Of a stretch of DNA of 64,000 nt, positions 29,805-42,837 are shown one piece after another. Within the stretch, counting starts at the first letter, position 1; each line of letters opens with the position of its first letter. The translations under genes and the position numbers were made by a program. The DNA is from Eledone cirrhosa (taxonomy: Eukaryota), in contig CAXHJY010000834.1 in NCBI GenBank assembly GCA_964016885.1, forward strand, positions 248,001-312,000. The letters are read 5' to 3'. A model generated the notes under the pieces. That model made no database searches. It was not told where the DNA came from and saw only the letters and a program-made list of their open reading frames with translations.

Positions 29805-30058
29805 GCATGGCTTAGAGCATTGGGCTTGCAATCAAAAGGTTATGAGTTCAATTCTCGGACCAGGTGATGTGTTGTTTCCTTGAGCAAGACACTTTATTTC
29901 ACGTTGCTCCAGTTTACTCAGCTGTAGAAATGAGTACCGGCTTGCCCACCCACCCAGTGGGATGGCGTTATCTTATGGCTAAAACAGCACGACGTGCTGT
30001 GACCAGCGGCGCCGATTGGCGCCCGACTGACTGGTCGGTCAAGGTGATCAAGGTGATA
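29805..30058 (+). mobile_element. tRNA-derived SINE with CORE-like domain
   Basis: A-box-like TGGCTTAGAGC and B-box-like GAGTTCAATTC, followed by TTCCTTGAGCAAGACACTT (resembles the CORE/MIR core). Confidence 0.7.
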
Positions 30059-30059
30059 T

Positions 30060-30097
<38 letters not shown>

Positions 30098-30125
30098 GTA
30101 TATATATATATATATATATGTATAA

Positions 30126-30488
<363 letters not shown>

Positions 30489-30493
30489 GTGTG

Positions 30494-30591
<98 letters not shown>

Positions 30592-30635
30592 TGAAAAAGA
30601 ACAAAGGAACTATTATGACATTATAACAAGTTTAT

Positions 30636-30682
30636 TGCCGACAGCCGTTTCGTCCGACCCCATGGTGGGACTTATCAAGGCA
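30636..30682 (-). ncRNA. Type I hammerhead ribozyme, U3-A8 core variant
   Basis: Minus strand reads TGCC-TTGATAA-GTCCCACC-ATGG-GGTCGGAC-GAAAC-GGCT-GTC-GGCA: stem I TGCC/GGCA, stem II, stem III and a GUC triplet. Confidence 0.75.
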
Positions 30683-31619
30683 TATAACATGTGATTGCAA
30701 GATCATTGTTTACATCAACGTATCACTCAAGGCTAGCAGTTTGAAATTGTTGTATACATCAGAACTCCGCTTGTATAGTTGTGGTCAATATTCTAAGGGG
30801 GGCTCTTTTATATCAGTTGTCGGGGTCAGGGATTGAAGTTTAAAAATTAGACAAAAATATATAATTTACGCATCAACATTAAACTAAAAGACTTGGGGTC
30901 CCGTAGAAGCACCTTAGAAAATCCCTCAATGAGTGCATAAAGCTTACAGGCTCCAATAAACCTATTAGACTAGAAGAAAATTAAGAGGCTAATAAAATAA
31001 GAAAATAAAAATATAAAGTTTCCCTAAAAAATATATAAAGTTCCTATGAAATTTCTTCTAGAGAAAAAAAATTTTTTCCGAAAGAAAAAAACCTTCTTCC
31101 CCTGAGATCACGTTTACAAAATTCAGAAAACTGAATTGAAAACTAGGTTGAAAGAAACCAATTAGAGGTTAATTCGGAGAGCCTTCCATAAATCTCTCAG
31201 AAAAGGCCCCTTTAATATTTCCAATAGGAACTTCTTCCGAGAGACCCTTCGAAGAATTAAAATTTTAGAGAGCCTTTAAGGATAAATATAAAAACGAATT
31301 GAGGAAAATTATACATTAAAAGTTAAAAATTAAAAATTACGGTATTTGGGATATCCGAGGAATTTTCAAAGGGCTGCTTCAACAGATACAACTTAGGCAT
31401 AATAGATACAATAATCTAAGCAATTTAAGTAATTTAATTAGGGAGCAATTCAAGGAGTTTATCAAGTTGGGCAAGATTAAAGAAAGTGGTAACTAAGAAA
31501 ATACATAAGCAAAAAGACAATAATTATAAAATGTATCTTTAAGAAGGTATAAGGTAGCTTCAGTGATCTAACCATGTATTATCACAAAAAAAAAACATTC
31601 TAAAATTATTGATACAGGA

Positions 31620-31775
31620 TTAAAAATTATTACAAAATTATTACAAAATTACCACAAAATCATTACAAAATTATCAAATCATCACAAAATTATCAAATTA
31701 TCATAAAATTATCGCACAATTATTACAAAATTATCATAAAATTATTACAAAATTATCACAAAGTTATTGATACAG
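31620..31775. repeat. Degenerate about 11-bp minisatellite (AAAATTATTAC-like)
   Basis: Direct reading of repeated AAAATTAT(T/C)AC units. Confidence 0.8.
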
Positions 31776-32392
31776 GATCAACAAAGACAACAATATATAT
31801 TCCTGCCCAATCAACAAGTAATCAGAACACTATTAACGGTCAGGCAAAATTAGCTCAGGGATATCCCGCGCTCGGATACTTTACACACACACAGCAACAC
31901 ATAGGACTAGCACAGACACAATGGTACATTCTTGCCTAAATAACAAACAATTGATTAACAATTGATGGTCAAGAAAATGTACTCAGGGATATCCCGCGCA
32001 CTGATATTTACATACATATAACAGGATGAACAGTACTGGTGACCGTGTGGGCGCGATATCCATTCTGCCTATGCAGTCCCCTGCATAGCTCCAGGCACGA
32101 TATCCATTATGCGTATGCAGTCATCTGCATAGCTCCAGGCGCAGCTGGTCTTGTTTAAACGTTCATAGATCACCTGGGGTTCACTATTATCTGCGTGGAC
32201 TCTCTGGGAGATGTACCTGTGGATCTAATAGCCAGTGGTTGCCGGATGTGGTCCGTTCGATCTTTTAGTTTCAGGGGTTGAACGCTTTCGCGATAGACGA
32301 GCCTGCCGGTTCTAAGTCCAAGGTTTCGCTACGCAGGATGTATTGGTCTACATGCTATATTGTTAAAAAACCAGTGTGGATTTGACTGGGGT

Positions 32393-32461
<69 letters not shown>

Positions 32462-32550
32462 GTAGAACACTGGAAGGTAATATCTGTCGTGGTAGAGCAC
32501 TCAGTCCATGGGACGAGTTAGGTAAAAGTGGTTACACAACAGTTAGTTCA

Positions 32551-32600
32551 CCATACCGAGAACAATTGTTTCACCTTAGCGGATCCTCAGCTCGTAATGG
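32551..32600 (-). ncRNA. Minimal type I hammerhead ribozyme within a 150-bp (TA)n-flanked insert (32458-32608)
   Basis: Minus strand reads CCATTA-CGAG-CTGAGGA-TCCGCTAAGGT-GAAAC-AATT-GTT-CTCG-GTATGG: canonical core, palindromic AATT loop, weak stem II. Confidence 0.7.
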
Positions 32601-33002
32601 ACATGGTTATATATATATATGAGAAAGTAAGTTTCTTTTAGTGTCCCACGCAGGTAAAAAAAGAAAAGAAAAGAATTTGAAAATGCATCTCAATTTTAGT
32701 TTTGATAATTATAAGAACTGTGAAACCGATAAAGTAAATAAATATTCTTAAAAGACTCCAGCTGCATTTTAAAATTCTTTTCCTTACGAGTGACCACATA
32801 CTGACTTTGTAGTACATAGATGTTCAGTTTGTTGTTGTTGTTTTTTTGTCTCAAACTGGCACCAGTTAGTCTAGAGAAACTGGCCAACTAGACATTTTTT
32901 GAAATAACATTTTGAGGGGACAAAAATGTTCCCAATCAATCGGACAGTTTCAGAGTTCCTACCGACCGGCTAAGATGTCAACTGTCTCACACAGGCTCCT
33001 TT

Positions 33003-33068
<66 letters not shown>

Positions 33069-34151
33069 CTCTTTCGCATTAACAGAAGTTTGGTAAATAC
33101 ATTTTTAATAATACTTTTGTAGTGTTACCGAGGCATTTGTAATGTTATTTATGTATATATTTAAAACATATTTGTTATGTTATTCTACTGTAAATTTATT
33201 TATATGCTCTGTTAATATTTTCATTCTGAAGGAATTGCAAACGATTTGTAACGTTGTTTGTGCAACTATGAAGTATATATTTGTGAAATAAATTAGTTAT
33301 ACATAATACTTTTGCAAGCAAACACGCAAATACATGATACCTGATACGCAACACCACACAATTCAAAAATGGTTATTTGTTCTTCGTGTATTGTCATATA
33401 ACTTCGGCGAAAGTTATATTTACTAAATTAGTAACATAGCGGCTTTGTGTTATGGTCGATATATTTCATTTCCTATGTAATCAGGGTAAATCATTTAGCC
33501 AAATATTCATCATCATCATCATCATCATAATGAACACTTACTTACTTGCACACATTCTCTGGTCACACTGTATCAGGCACAGCAATCTTCTTTCGCCTAC
33601 ATTCTACACAACATTGACCACACGACTGAGCAATCCAAGTGAGGACACACAACAACTGAATCAACTCCACAACCCACCCTTCTCATCCAGCATCCAACAC
33701 GATATTATTTCAGCCGCTATATCGTAAATATATATATGTTTCACTTTTGAATTATTATAGCTCTGGATAAAGTCTATTGAGCTTTTTTATTAAGAAGCAC
33801 AAAAATCAAACATATTTGATATGTTTTGATATCTCACATGTGTGTCTGTGTGTGTGTGCGTGTGCGGGTGTGTGTGCGTGTGTGTACATGTGTATTTATA
33901 TGTGTCTGTACGTGTGTTTATGTACATGTGTTAAATCACATACAAACATCATATATTGATATACTTCTGCATACATACGCATGCGTGTTCCAGCTAATGT
34001 ACGCTTTGGATTAGCAGAATTGGTAGAGTGTCACATAAAATTGACTTGTGGTGTCTAGTTCAAATACTACCAAGTGTCGATTAGAATAAAGTAGCACTCG
34101 ATTTATATTTCCCTAATTATTAGTAGATACGCGTGAGTGAACTTATGATAG

Positions 34152-34313
<162 letters not shown>

Positions 34314-34984
34314 TACATGATGGCTGTCCCCTCGTTATCGAGTATGGCCATTGCACGATATACCATTATTAATAATTATTAATTAATTCTATCGTGCAAT
34401 GCCTGTGCGTGAAGATATTTTTTAAATTGAGGAAAGACTGTGCACTGAGCCAATCCCACTCTCTGAGCGAGAGTAGCTATAACCCGAAAAGAAGAAAAGA
34501 TCAACATCATGGTAACTACTGAGCCGCATGTTTTATATCGGAGTTATCCCAGTTTCCTGAGTTGCCTTCTAGAAGAATGCCCTGACAAAGGCTAGGGGTT
34601 CTTCACTCCCAGTGGTTTAACCGCGCAGTACATGTGTATATACATATTTACACACTTTCGGATGGCCGTTGACCCTTATGAGTTCTTCCACCCTTGGTCA
34701 GGTTTTGTTTTTCGTCCTGCAGGGTGTCCAAAATCACCCTCCTCACCAAGTAAACTTGGTGGGGTTGCCGATTTAGTCGCCGACGACCCGATCATGCGAC
34801 AGGTTGTACTGGGTTACATGTTACCAGTAGCACTCAAGAGTGACCTGACATACATACGCACACACACACACACACACACATATAGATACATATGTTAAAA
34901 TTCATCTCTTTTTTTTCCTCTTTCTTTCTTTTTGGGTTTTCCCTTTCCTTTATATTATATTTGTTTGCGCTTTCGTCCTGTAAG

Positions 34985-35140
34985 CGCCATGCTTTGCAGC
35001 ATAGAGTTACGGCCCTTTGCTGTCTGAGTTCAAATCCCGCCGGGGTTAACTTTTCCTTTCATCCTTACGGAGTCGATAAAATAAAGCACCAGTAATGCAC
35101 TGGGATAATTGCTGGCCTTGTGCCAAAAATAGAAACAATT
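34985..35140 (+). mobile_element. tRNA-headed SINE with Meta/Nin-like core
   Basis: GAGTTCAAATCCCGCC...CCTTTCATCCTTACGGAGTCGATAAAATAAAG. Close match to the copy at 39321-39501. Confidence 0.8.
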
Positions 35141-35299
35141 ATATTTTTTTTCAATATATATATTACATTCAAAGTTATAGATATCATGTTTCAGATAATC
35201 TCAAACATGCATCTGAAATATATATATATATATATACACAGTTCAAGAGTAACCACTCTTAAAGAGAGAGATGGAGGTAGGAGAGGAGATAGGGGAGGA

Positions 35300-37664
35300 G
35301 ACATTGACAGCTATTACGCTTCAATAACCCCGGAACTGCTCAACAAAGCATTAACCCTAGCCAGCACCAACTCTGACATACCAATAATGAGATTGACATC
35401 ATACTTATGGCTAGGCAGACCATCATTGAATTCAACGGAGCACTCTGGACTAGAAAAGACAGAACAGACAACTTTGACATCACGATGGGCTCAAGTGACT
35501 CTGCGCAAATCACCGATTTAGTTGGAATTTACCTATTACATAACATCAGAGTCGAAATCCAACCCTTGCAAGGCGGAATATACAGAGACGACGCCCTATT
35601 TGCAGTCCACAATTGCACTAATCGAAGCATTGACTTGCTCAAAAAACAATTACATATATTCTTTAAAAATAACGGTCTCTCTCTATCAACATCGAGCCGA
35701 ACCATAAAGTAGTAAACTTTCTAGACGTTACCCTGGATCTTAACAATAACCTATATTACCCTTACCATAAACCAGGTGAAATACTTACATATATTAGCCC
35801 ACACTCTAACCACCCACCGGCAGTCATCAGAGCAGTAATCAAATCTATGTCGTATAGGATCTCCATGCTATCAGCAAATGAGGAGATATTTATAAACCAT
35901 GCAGCATATTATAATAAGGCTCTTTCTGAATCTGGTTATGAACAGTCCATTTACTACATACCTAAATGCCATAACACAGCAATTCACCACAACCATAATA
36001 AACTTAACACTAGAACTAGAAATACCTTAGCATATAGCCAGATTCGCCGGAACTTTAGCATTAACAGCACCTATACAGGGAACCTTAATGGTGGCAGTGG
36101 CCTGCTTCCCACTCCAAGTAGCAAACTAAAAATCAACCCTAGAATAGGAATGAGCAATGGGATAACAAATGCCCAGGTAATAATAACCCTATGAAGGCCC
36201 CTACCAACTCCACTAGGACCCCTAGAAGGAATAGGCCTAGAAATATCACCTGGCTTAACCCCCCATTCTCATTTAATCTAGCCACTAATATCCCTAAACG
36301 CTTCTTCTCTATCCTATCTAAACATCCCCCCCCCCCCAAGCATAGATATTACAAACTCTTTAATAAAAATAACATTAAAATCTCATTCTCCACAACACCT
36401 AACCTAGCTAGCCACATCGCATTCAGTAACCATCATAAACTAAGACAGTATAACTCCCACACCGCGGTACCCCCCCCCCCCATCAAATACACCACGCCAC
36501 TACACCAATACTTACTCTAGTAGCACACCTCCCCCATCTAATCCTTCTAGCACTGACCAACCGCTTAGGTTAAACAACCCTACTCTCACTAACCGCAGAA
36601 GTAACTGCAACTGCCGTTACCCTAATGCATGCCCACTAAATAGACATTGCCTGACACCCAACATAGTCTATAGGTGCACGGTTAAAACTGCTTCGCATAC
36701 CAGCTCCTATATCGGGTCTACCTCTAACCCTTTTAAGGTACGCTATAACGCGCACTCTTTTTCCTTCCGAGACCCTAACAACAGATGTTCTACATCTCTA
36801 GCTAGGCTCATTAAAAACCTTAAATTAACCAACATTGAACACTCACTAACATGGGATATCATGGCTAGGGCCCAACCGTTCAATGGACGAAGAAAATCTT
36901 GTGACCTCTGTCTTACCGAAGCATATTACATAACTCTATCACGACCTCTACCGATTAACGATAGAACGGAGGTAACTATTAACTGTCAACATCGAAGGGC
37001 TAATTCCTTCGCCAACAGAATATTTGACCCAACATAGTCATCTAGCACCATTTTTACTTGTAGTTAATAAGTTAAATAGCTATAACTAACTTAGATAATT
37101 ATATGTTACCTCCCTTACATTGTGTCTCAATCAAAAAATAAAAAAATTACACTTAACTGTAAACTACCCACAATTTCTAATCTCTCGAGGAGTTACTTCC
37201 CCTGAAACCACCCTCTAATTAGTAAGGTAAATATGTCCATTGGCGGCCATCTTGTTACCCATAGGCAGATCTCACACAATGCAGCCTCGACAGAAGAATA
37301 CTGCTCGACTATAGCAGACAATTGATATACCCAGGACACCATAGTGAAATACAAATATATGGAACATTACATTTATGTAACATTCTTTCCTTATTTTAAT
37401 TTATATTCCTTTTGAAGTTCCGATGAGCTGCTCTATCTTTACCTATGTTAATTATTTTCAACTGAACCAGATCAATAATGATATATAATCATTTGATCCA
37501 GAAATATTATATGGAGTAGCGAAACAATTGTAAACGGACATTATTATTATTATTAATATTATTATTATTATTCTCTACATTTCTTACATCAAACTATAAT
37601 ATGTTGACAATCTTTTAATAATGTCTTCCTTGTGAAATTTGTGGTCTTGTTTTGCTTAACTAAT

Positions 37665-37666
<2 letters not shown>
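35300..37666 (+). mobile_element. 5'-truncated, frameshifted Penelope-like element (RT with YRDD, C-terminal GIY-YIG endonuclease, 3' pLTR with HHR); possibly Nematis-like
   Basis: DIDSYYASI, ITMGSSDSAQITDLVG, IYRDD, SNHPP, WLNPPFS, then NCNCRYPNACPL...IVYRC...YIGST...CDLCLTE ending at TAG 37037. Ends at (TA)n. Confidence 0.92.
37417..37535 (+). ncRNA. Hammerhead-like motif in the PLE 3' pLTR (U4C core, long stem II insertion)
   Basis: GTT-CCGATGA-GCTGCTC...about 80 nt...GAGTAGC-GAAAC-AATT-GTA-AAC. Confidence 0.6.
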
Positions 37667-37734
<68 letters not shown>

Positions 37735-37879
37735 CCAAATGTTAAAACAAGGTTCATTGATTATTCAATTAATATAGTTTTACAATAGATTAAAAACACT
37801 CAATAAAGAAGTTTTCTGGAGTTATTAATATTATTCAAAATATTAATAAATGGATACATTCACATAATCAAAATATATG

Positions 37880-37941
37880 TTTTATTATATATATTTCGGA
37901 GGTACTGTGGTGTTTTTTCAGTACGTCCTCATCAGATAAAA
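37880..37941 (-). ncRNA. Type I hammerhead ribozyme (left arm of B1)
   Basis: Reverse complement of the 38041-38102 motif, with one loop substitution. Confidence 0.88.
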
Positions 37942-38040
37942 TACATAAATTGATTTATGACATACCTCAACTGTGCTGATGGTTCAATTCCAGTCTTGGC
38001 AGTCATCACAGTTGAGGTATGTCATATATCAATTTATGTA

Positions 38041-38102
38041 TTTTATCTGATGAGGACGTACTGAAAAAACAGCACAGTACCTCCGAAATATATATAATAA
38101 AA
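38041..38102 (+). ncRNA. Type I hammerhead ribozyme (right arm of B1)
   Basis: TTTTAT-CTGATGA-GGACGTACTG-loop-CAGTACCTCC-GAAAT-ATAT-ATA-ATAAAA: 6-bp stem I, canonical core, stem II, palindromic stem III loop and AUA triplet. Confidence 0.9.
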
Positions 38103-38146
38103 CATATATTTTGATTATGTGAATGTATCCATTTATTAATATTTTG

Positions 38147-38225
<79 letters not shown>

Positions 38226-38355
38226 TAGAAGTGGTATTTAATTTGTTGGAAGTCCGTCAAACATAAATGTTTATAACTGATTTAGAGCACTCAACAGATA
38301 CTGTAAATATTCAATGATATTAAATAAATGGAAACTATATTTATAAAACCATATT

Positions 38356-38420
38356 TATTTTATTATATATATTTCAAGGGTAACCAAGACAACATTGGTA
38401 CGCTTTCATCAGATAAAATA
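38356..38420 (-). ncRNA. Type I hammerhead ribozyme (left arm of B2)
   Basis: Reverse complement of 38548-38612. Confidence 0.88.
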
Positions 38421-38547
38421 CAAAGTTTGTTTTATAAATAGAGACATGCCCATGAAAATCATACCTTATCGGTTGGAAATTCACTGGATAGTCAACCGAT
38501 AAGGTATGATTTTCATGGGTATGTCTCTATTTATAAAACAAACTTTG

Positions 38548-38612
38548 TATTTTATCTGATGAAAGCGTACCAATGTTGTCTTGGTTACCCTTGAAATATA
38601 TATAATAAAATA
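38548..38612 (+). ncRNA. Type I hammerhead ribozyme (right arm of B2)
   Basis: TATTTTAT-CTGATGA-AAGCGTACCAA-loop-TTGGTTACCCTT-GAAAT-ATAT-ATA-ATAAAATA, with an 8-bp stem I. Confidence 0.88.
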
Positions 38613-38653
38613 AATATGGTTTTATAAATATAGCTTCCATTTATTTAATATCA

Positions 38654-38710
<57 letters not shown>

Positions 38711-38712
<2 letters not shown>

Positions 38713-39535
38713 AAAATTTCCGCTCTACATGGCTGAATACAATAAATGTAATCTGAGTTTTTCGATTATTAATAATAACATTCGATTCGTTTGCAATTAT
38801 GCAAACAAGCCTCAATTTTATAGCCATGTCAGTAGAATGAACCCTTCATTCTTGCTCTTGTGTTGGCATGTGAACAGAACTGCAGATACTAATGTTTCTG
38901 GGTATCACCCTTCATCAGTACAGCTCGCTGTTCACCTGCCAAACTGTCAGAGCTAATGAAAATATATGCTATTTTCAAAAATACAGTGACTGATCGGCCT
39001 GACTGGCCAGTCTGCTGATATGCAAATCTGGCTGATCAGTGGATCTGCTAATATGCAGATCTGACTGATCGGCCAGTCTGCTAATATGCAAATCAGGCTA
39101 TCACTGTGTATTTTTGAAAATAGCATATATTTTCACTAGCTCTGACAGTTTGGCAGGTGAACAGTGAGCTGTAGTGATGAAGGGTGATACCCAGAAACAT
39201 TAGTGTCTGCTGTTCACATGCCAACACAAGAGTAAGAATGAAGGGTTCATTCTACTGACATGGCTATAAAATTGAGGGTTGTTTGCATAATTGCAAACGA
39301 ATCGAATGTTATTATTAATATGTGGATTGGGAGTATCGGTAGAGGGTCGGACGCCATGCTTTCCAGCATAGTTACGTCCCTTTATGATCTGAGTTCAAAT
39401 CCCGCCGAGGTTGACTTTGCCTTTCATCCTTACGGGGTCGATAAAATAAAGTACCAGTAATGCACTGGGTGATTGCTGGCCTTGTGCCTAAAGTAGAAAC
39501 AATTATTAATATTCGAAAAACTCAGATTACATTTA
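38711..39535. mobile_element. Large palindromic element C with degenerate HHR in its arms, a central 33-bp tandem repeat, and the right arm interrupted by a SINE
   Basis: Arms 38743-38989 and 39101-39320 plus 39512-39535. Left arm on the minus strand reads CTGATGA-AGGGTGATACCCA-GAAAC-ATTA-GTA. Confidence 0.85.
39321..39501 (+). mobile_element. SINE (Meta/Nin-like core) inserted in the palindrome arm
   Basis: Flanked by ATTATTAATA at 39311-39320 and 39502-39511. The opposite arm shows the uninterrupted site. Confidence 0.88.
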
Positions 39536-39550
39536 TATATATATATATAC

Positions 39551-41660
<2,110 letters not shown>

Positions 41661-41802
41661 GTTTCCTGATTTAGATTGGTATTATGAACATTCAACGATG
41701 TTACATCTTATATTATTTATACTCCAGTCCTACAAACTGTAGAGTGCTACTTATCCGATATTTGCATTGCTTTATTGTGCTACAATAAAACTTACCTCCT
41801 AC

Positions 41803-41877
<75 letters not shown>

Positions 41878-42079
41878 GGTGGCGGACTGGGTCTAAAATA
41901 TATTGGTTGCCAGGAGATGAAGGGGGCCCAAATACATATAGAATGCTATCATTTAATTTTTGGAAACAAAAGTGGAAACAAAACATTCAAATCAATTTTT
42001 TGCGCAAAAATATCTTACCTTCTACAATAGAAAATATAATGTATTTTGCGAAATTCAGAGACTTTCAATGATGACCATA

Positions 42080-42531
42080 AGTCGACCCTAAATATTACTA
42101 ATAGCTCTAGGAAAGCCATGAACGAAACCACATCTTTTTAACTTTGATTTTGAAAGTAGGTTTATAATTATCAATTTTCATTGTACTTTTGTAGCTGTCT
42201 CAGTGGCCTAGTTGGAGGAATCATAGACGGTGGTGATCTTGGTCTGAAGTTCGAATCTGGTCGGGAGTAGGGTTCCCGGTAAACCTTTTCAGTTTTTTGA
42301 ATTGGCTGTAAAATAAAAACTGAAAAAGGTTACAAGTACTACTTGACCAGGATAGAACCCAACACTAGAATCTCCACAGTCTCTAGTACCTACCGCTAGG
42401 CCATAGAGACAACTACGAAAGTCTTATGAAAATTCATACTTATAAACGTACTTTGAATTTTCAAAAGAAAGTGCTTTGGTATCGTTCATTTATGTCTTTC
42501 TTAATGTTATTGCTCCTACTTAAGGTCGACT
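42080..42531. mobile_element. Imperfect palindromic element containing two convergent tRNA-like heads, copy 1
   Basis: Termini AGTCGACC...GGTCGACT. Left arm has TGGCCTAGTTGG...GTTCGAATC; right arm (minus) has TGGCCTAGCGG...GGTTCTATCC. Central IR AACCTTTTCAGTTTTT/AAAAACTGAAAAAGGTT. Confidence 0.75.
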
Positions 42532-42632
42532 GCTAAATGATTTGGGTGTTCCATAAACTACATCCTCGTTTTGTTTCACATCTATCTAGACTATATTTTA
42601 ACTTGTAATCCATGTTTCATTTCTGTTGCACC

Positions 42633-42719
<87 letters not shown>

Positions 42720-42805
42720 ATATTTGAATCTACTATGATTTGGGCTTACTTTATTCACATATACATGTTTTTGCATGTCAGACTCAAACTTACAATGATT
42801 GGCAT

Positions 42806-42832
<27 letters not shown>

Positions 42833-42837
<5 letters not shown>

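Larger units (their letters stand above)
30590..32395 (-). mobile_element. About 1.8-kb non-coding (TA)n-flanked element ending in an HHR (PLE 3' portion or retrozyme-like)
   Basis: Bounded by (TA)n tracts, with an HHR about 45 bp from the left end. No ORF. Internal repeats at 31620-31775 and 32050-32142. Confidence 0.5.
37734..38149. mobile_element. Palindromic twin-HHR element B1
   Basis: About 147-bp inverted arms 37833-37979/38003-38149 with few mismatches, flanked by long (TA)n. Each arm contains an HHR. Confidence 0.9.
38223..38656. mobile_element. Palindromic twin-HHR element B2
   Basis: About 164-bp inverted arms 38312-38475/38493-38656, 17-bp spacer, (TA)n on both sides. Confidence 0.9.

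Noticed and set aside
34660-34850. GC-richer island, possibly a LINE UTR fragment
   Set aside because: No ORF, motif or second copy in the window to support a call.
42194-42270. Functional tRNA gene
   Set aside because: A/B boxes are present, but no convincing cloverleaf or acceptor stem could be drawn. Treated as part of a repeat.
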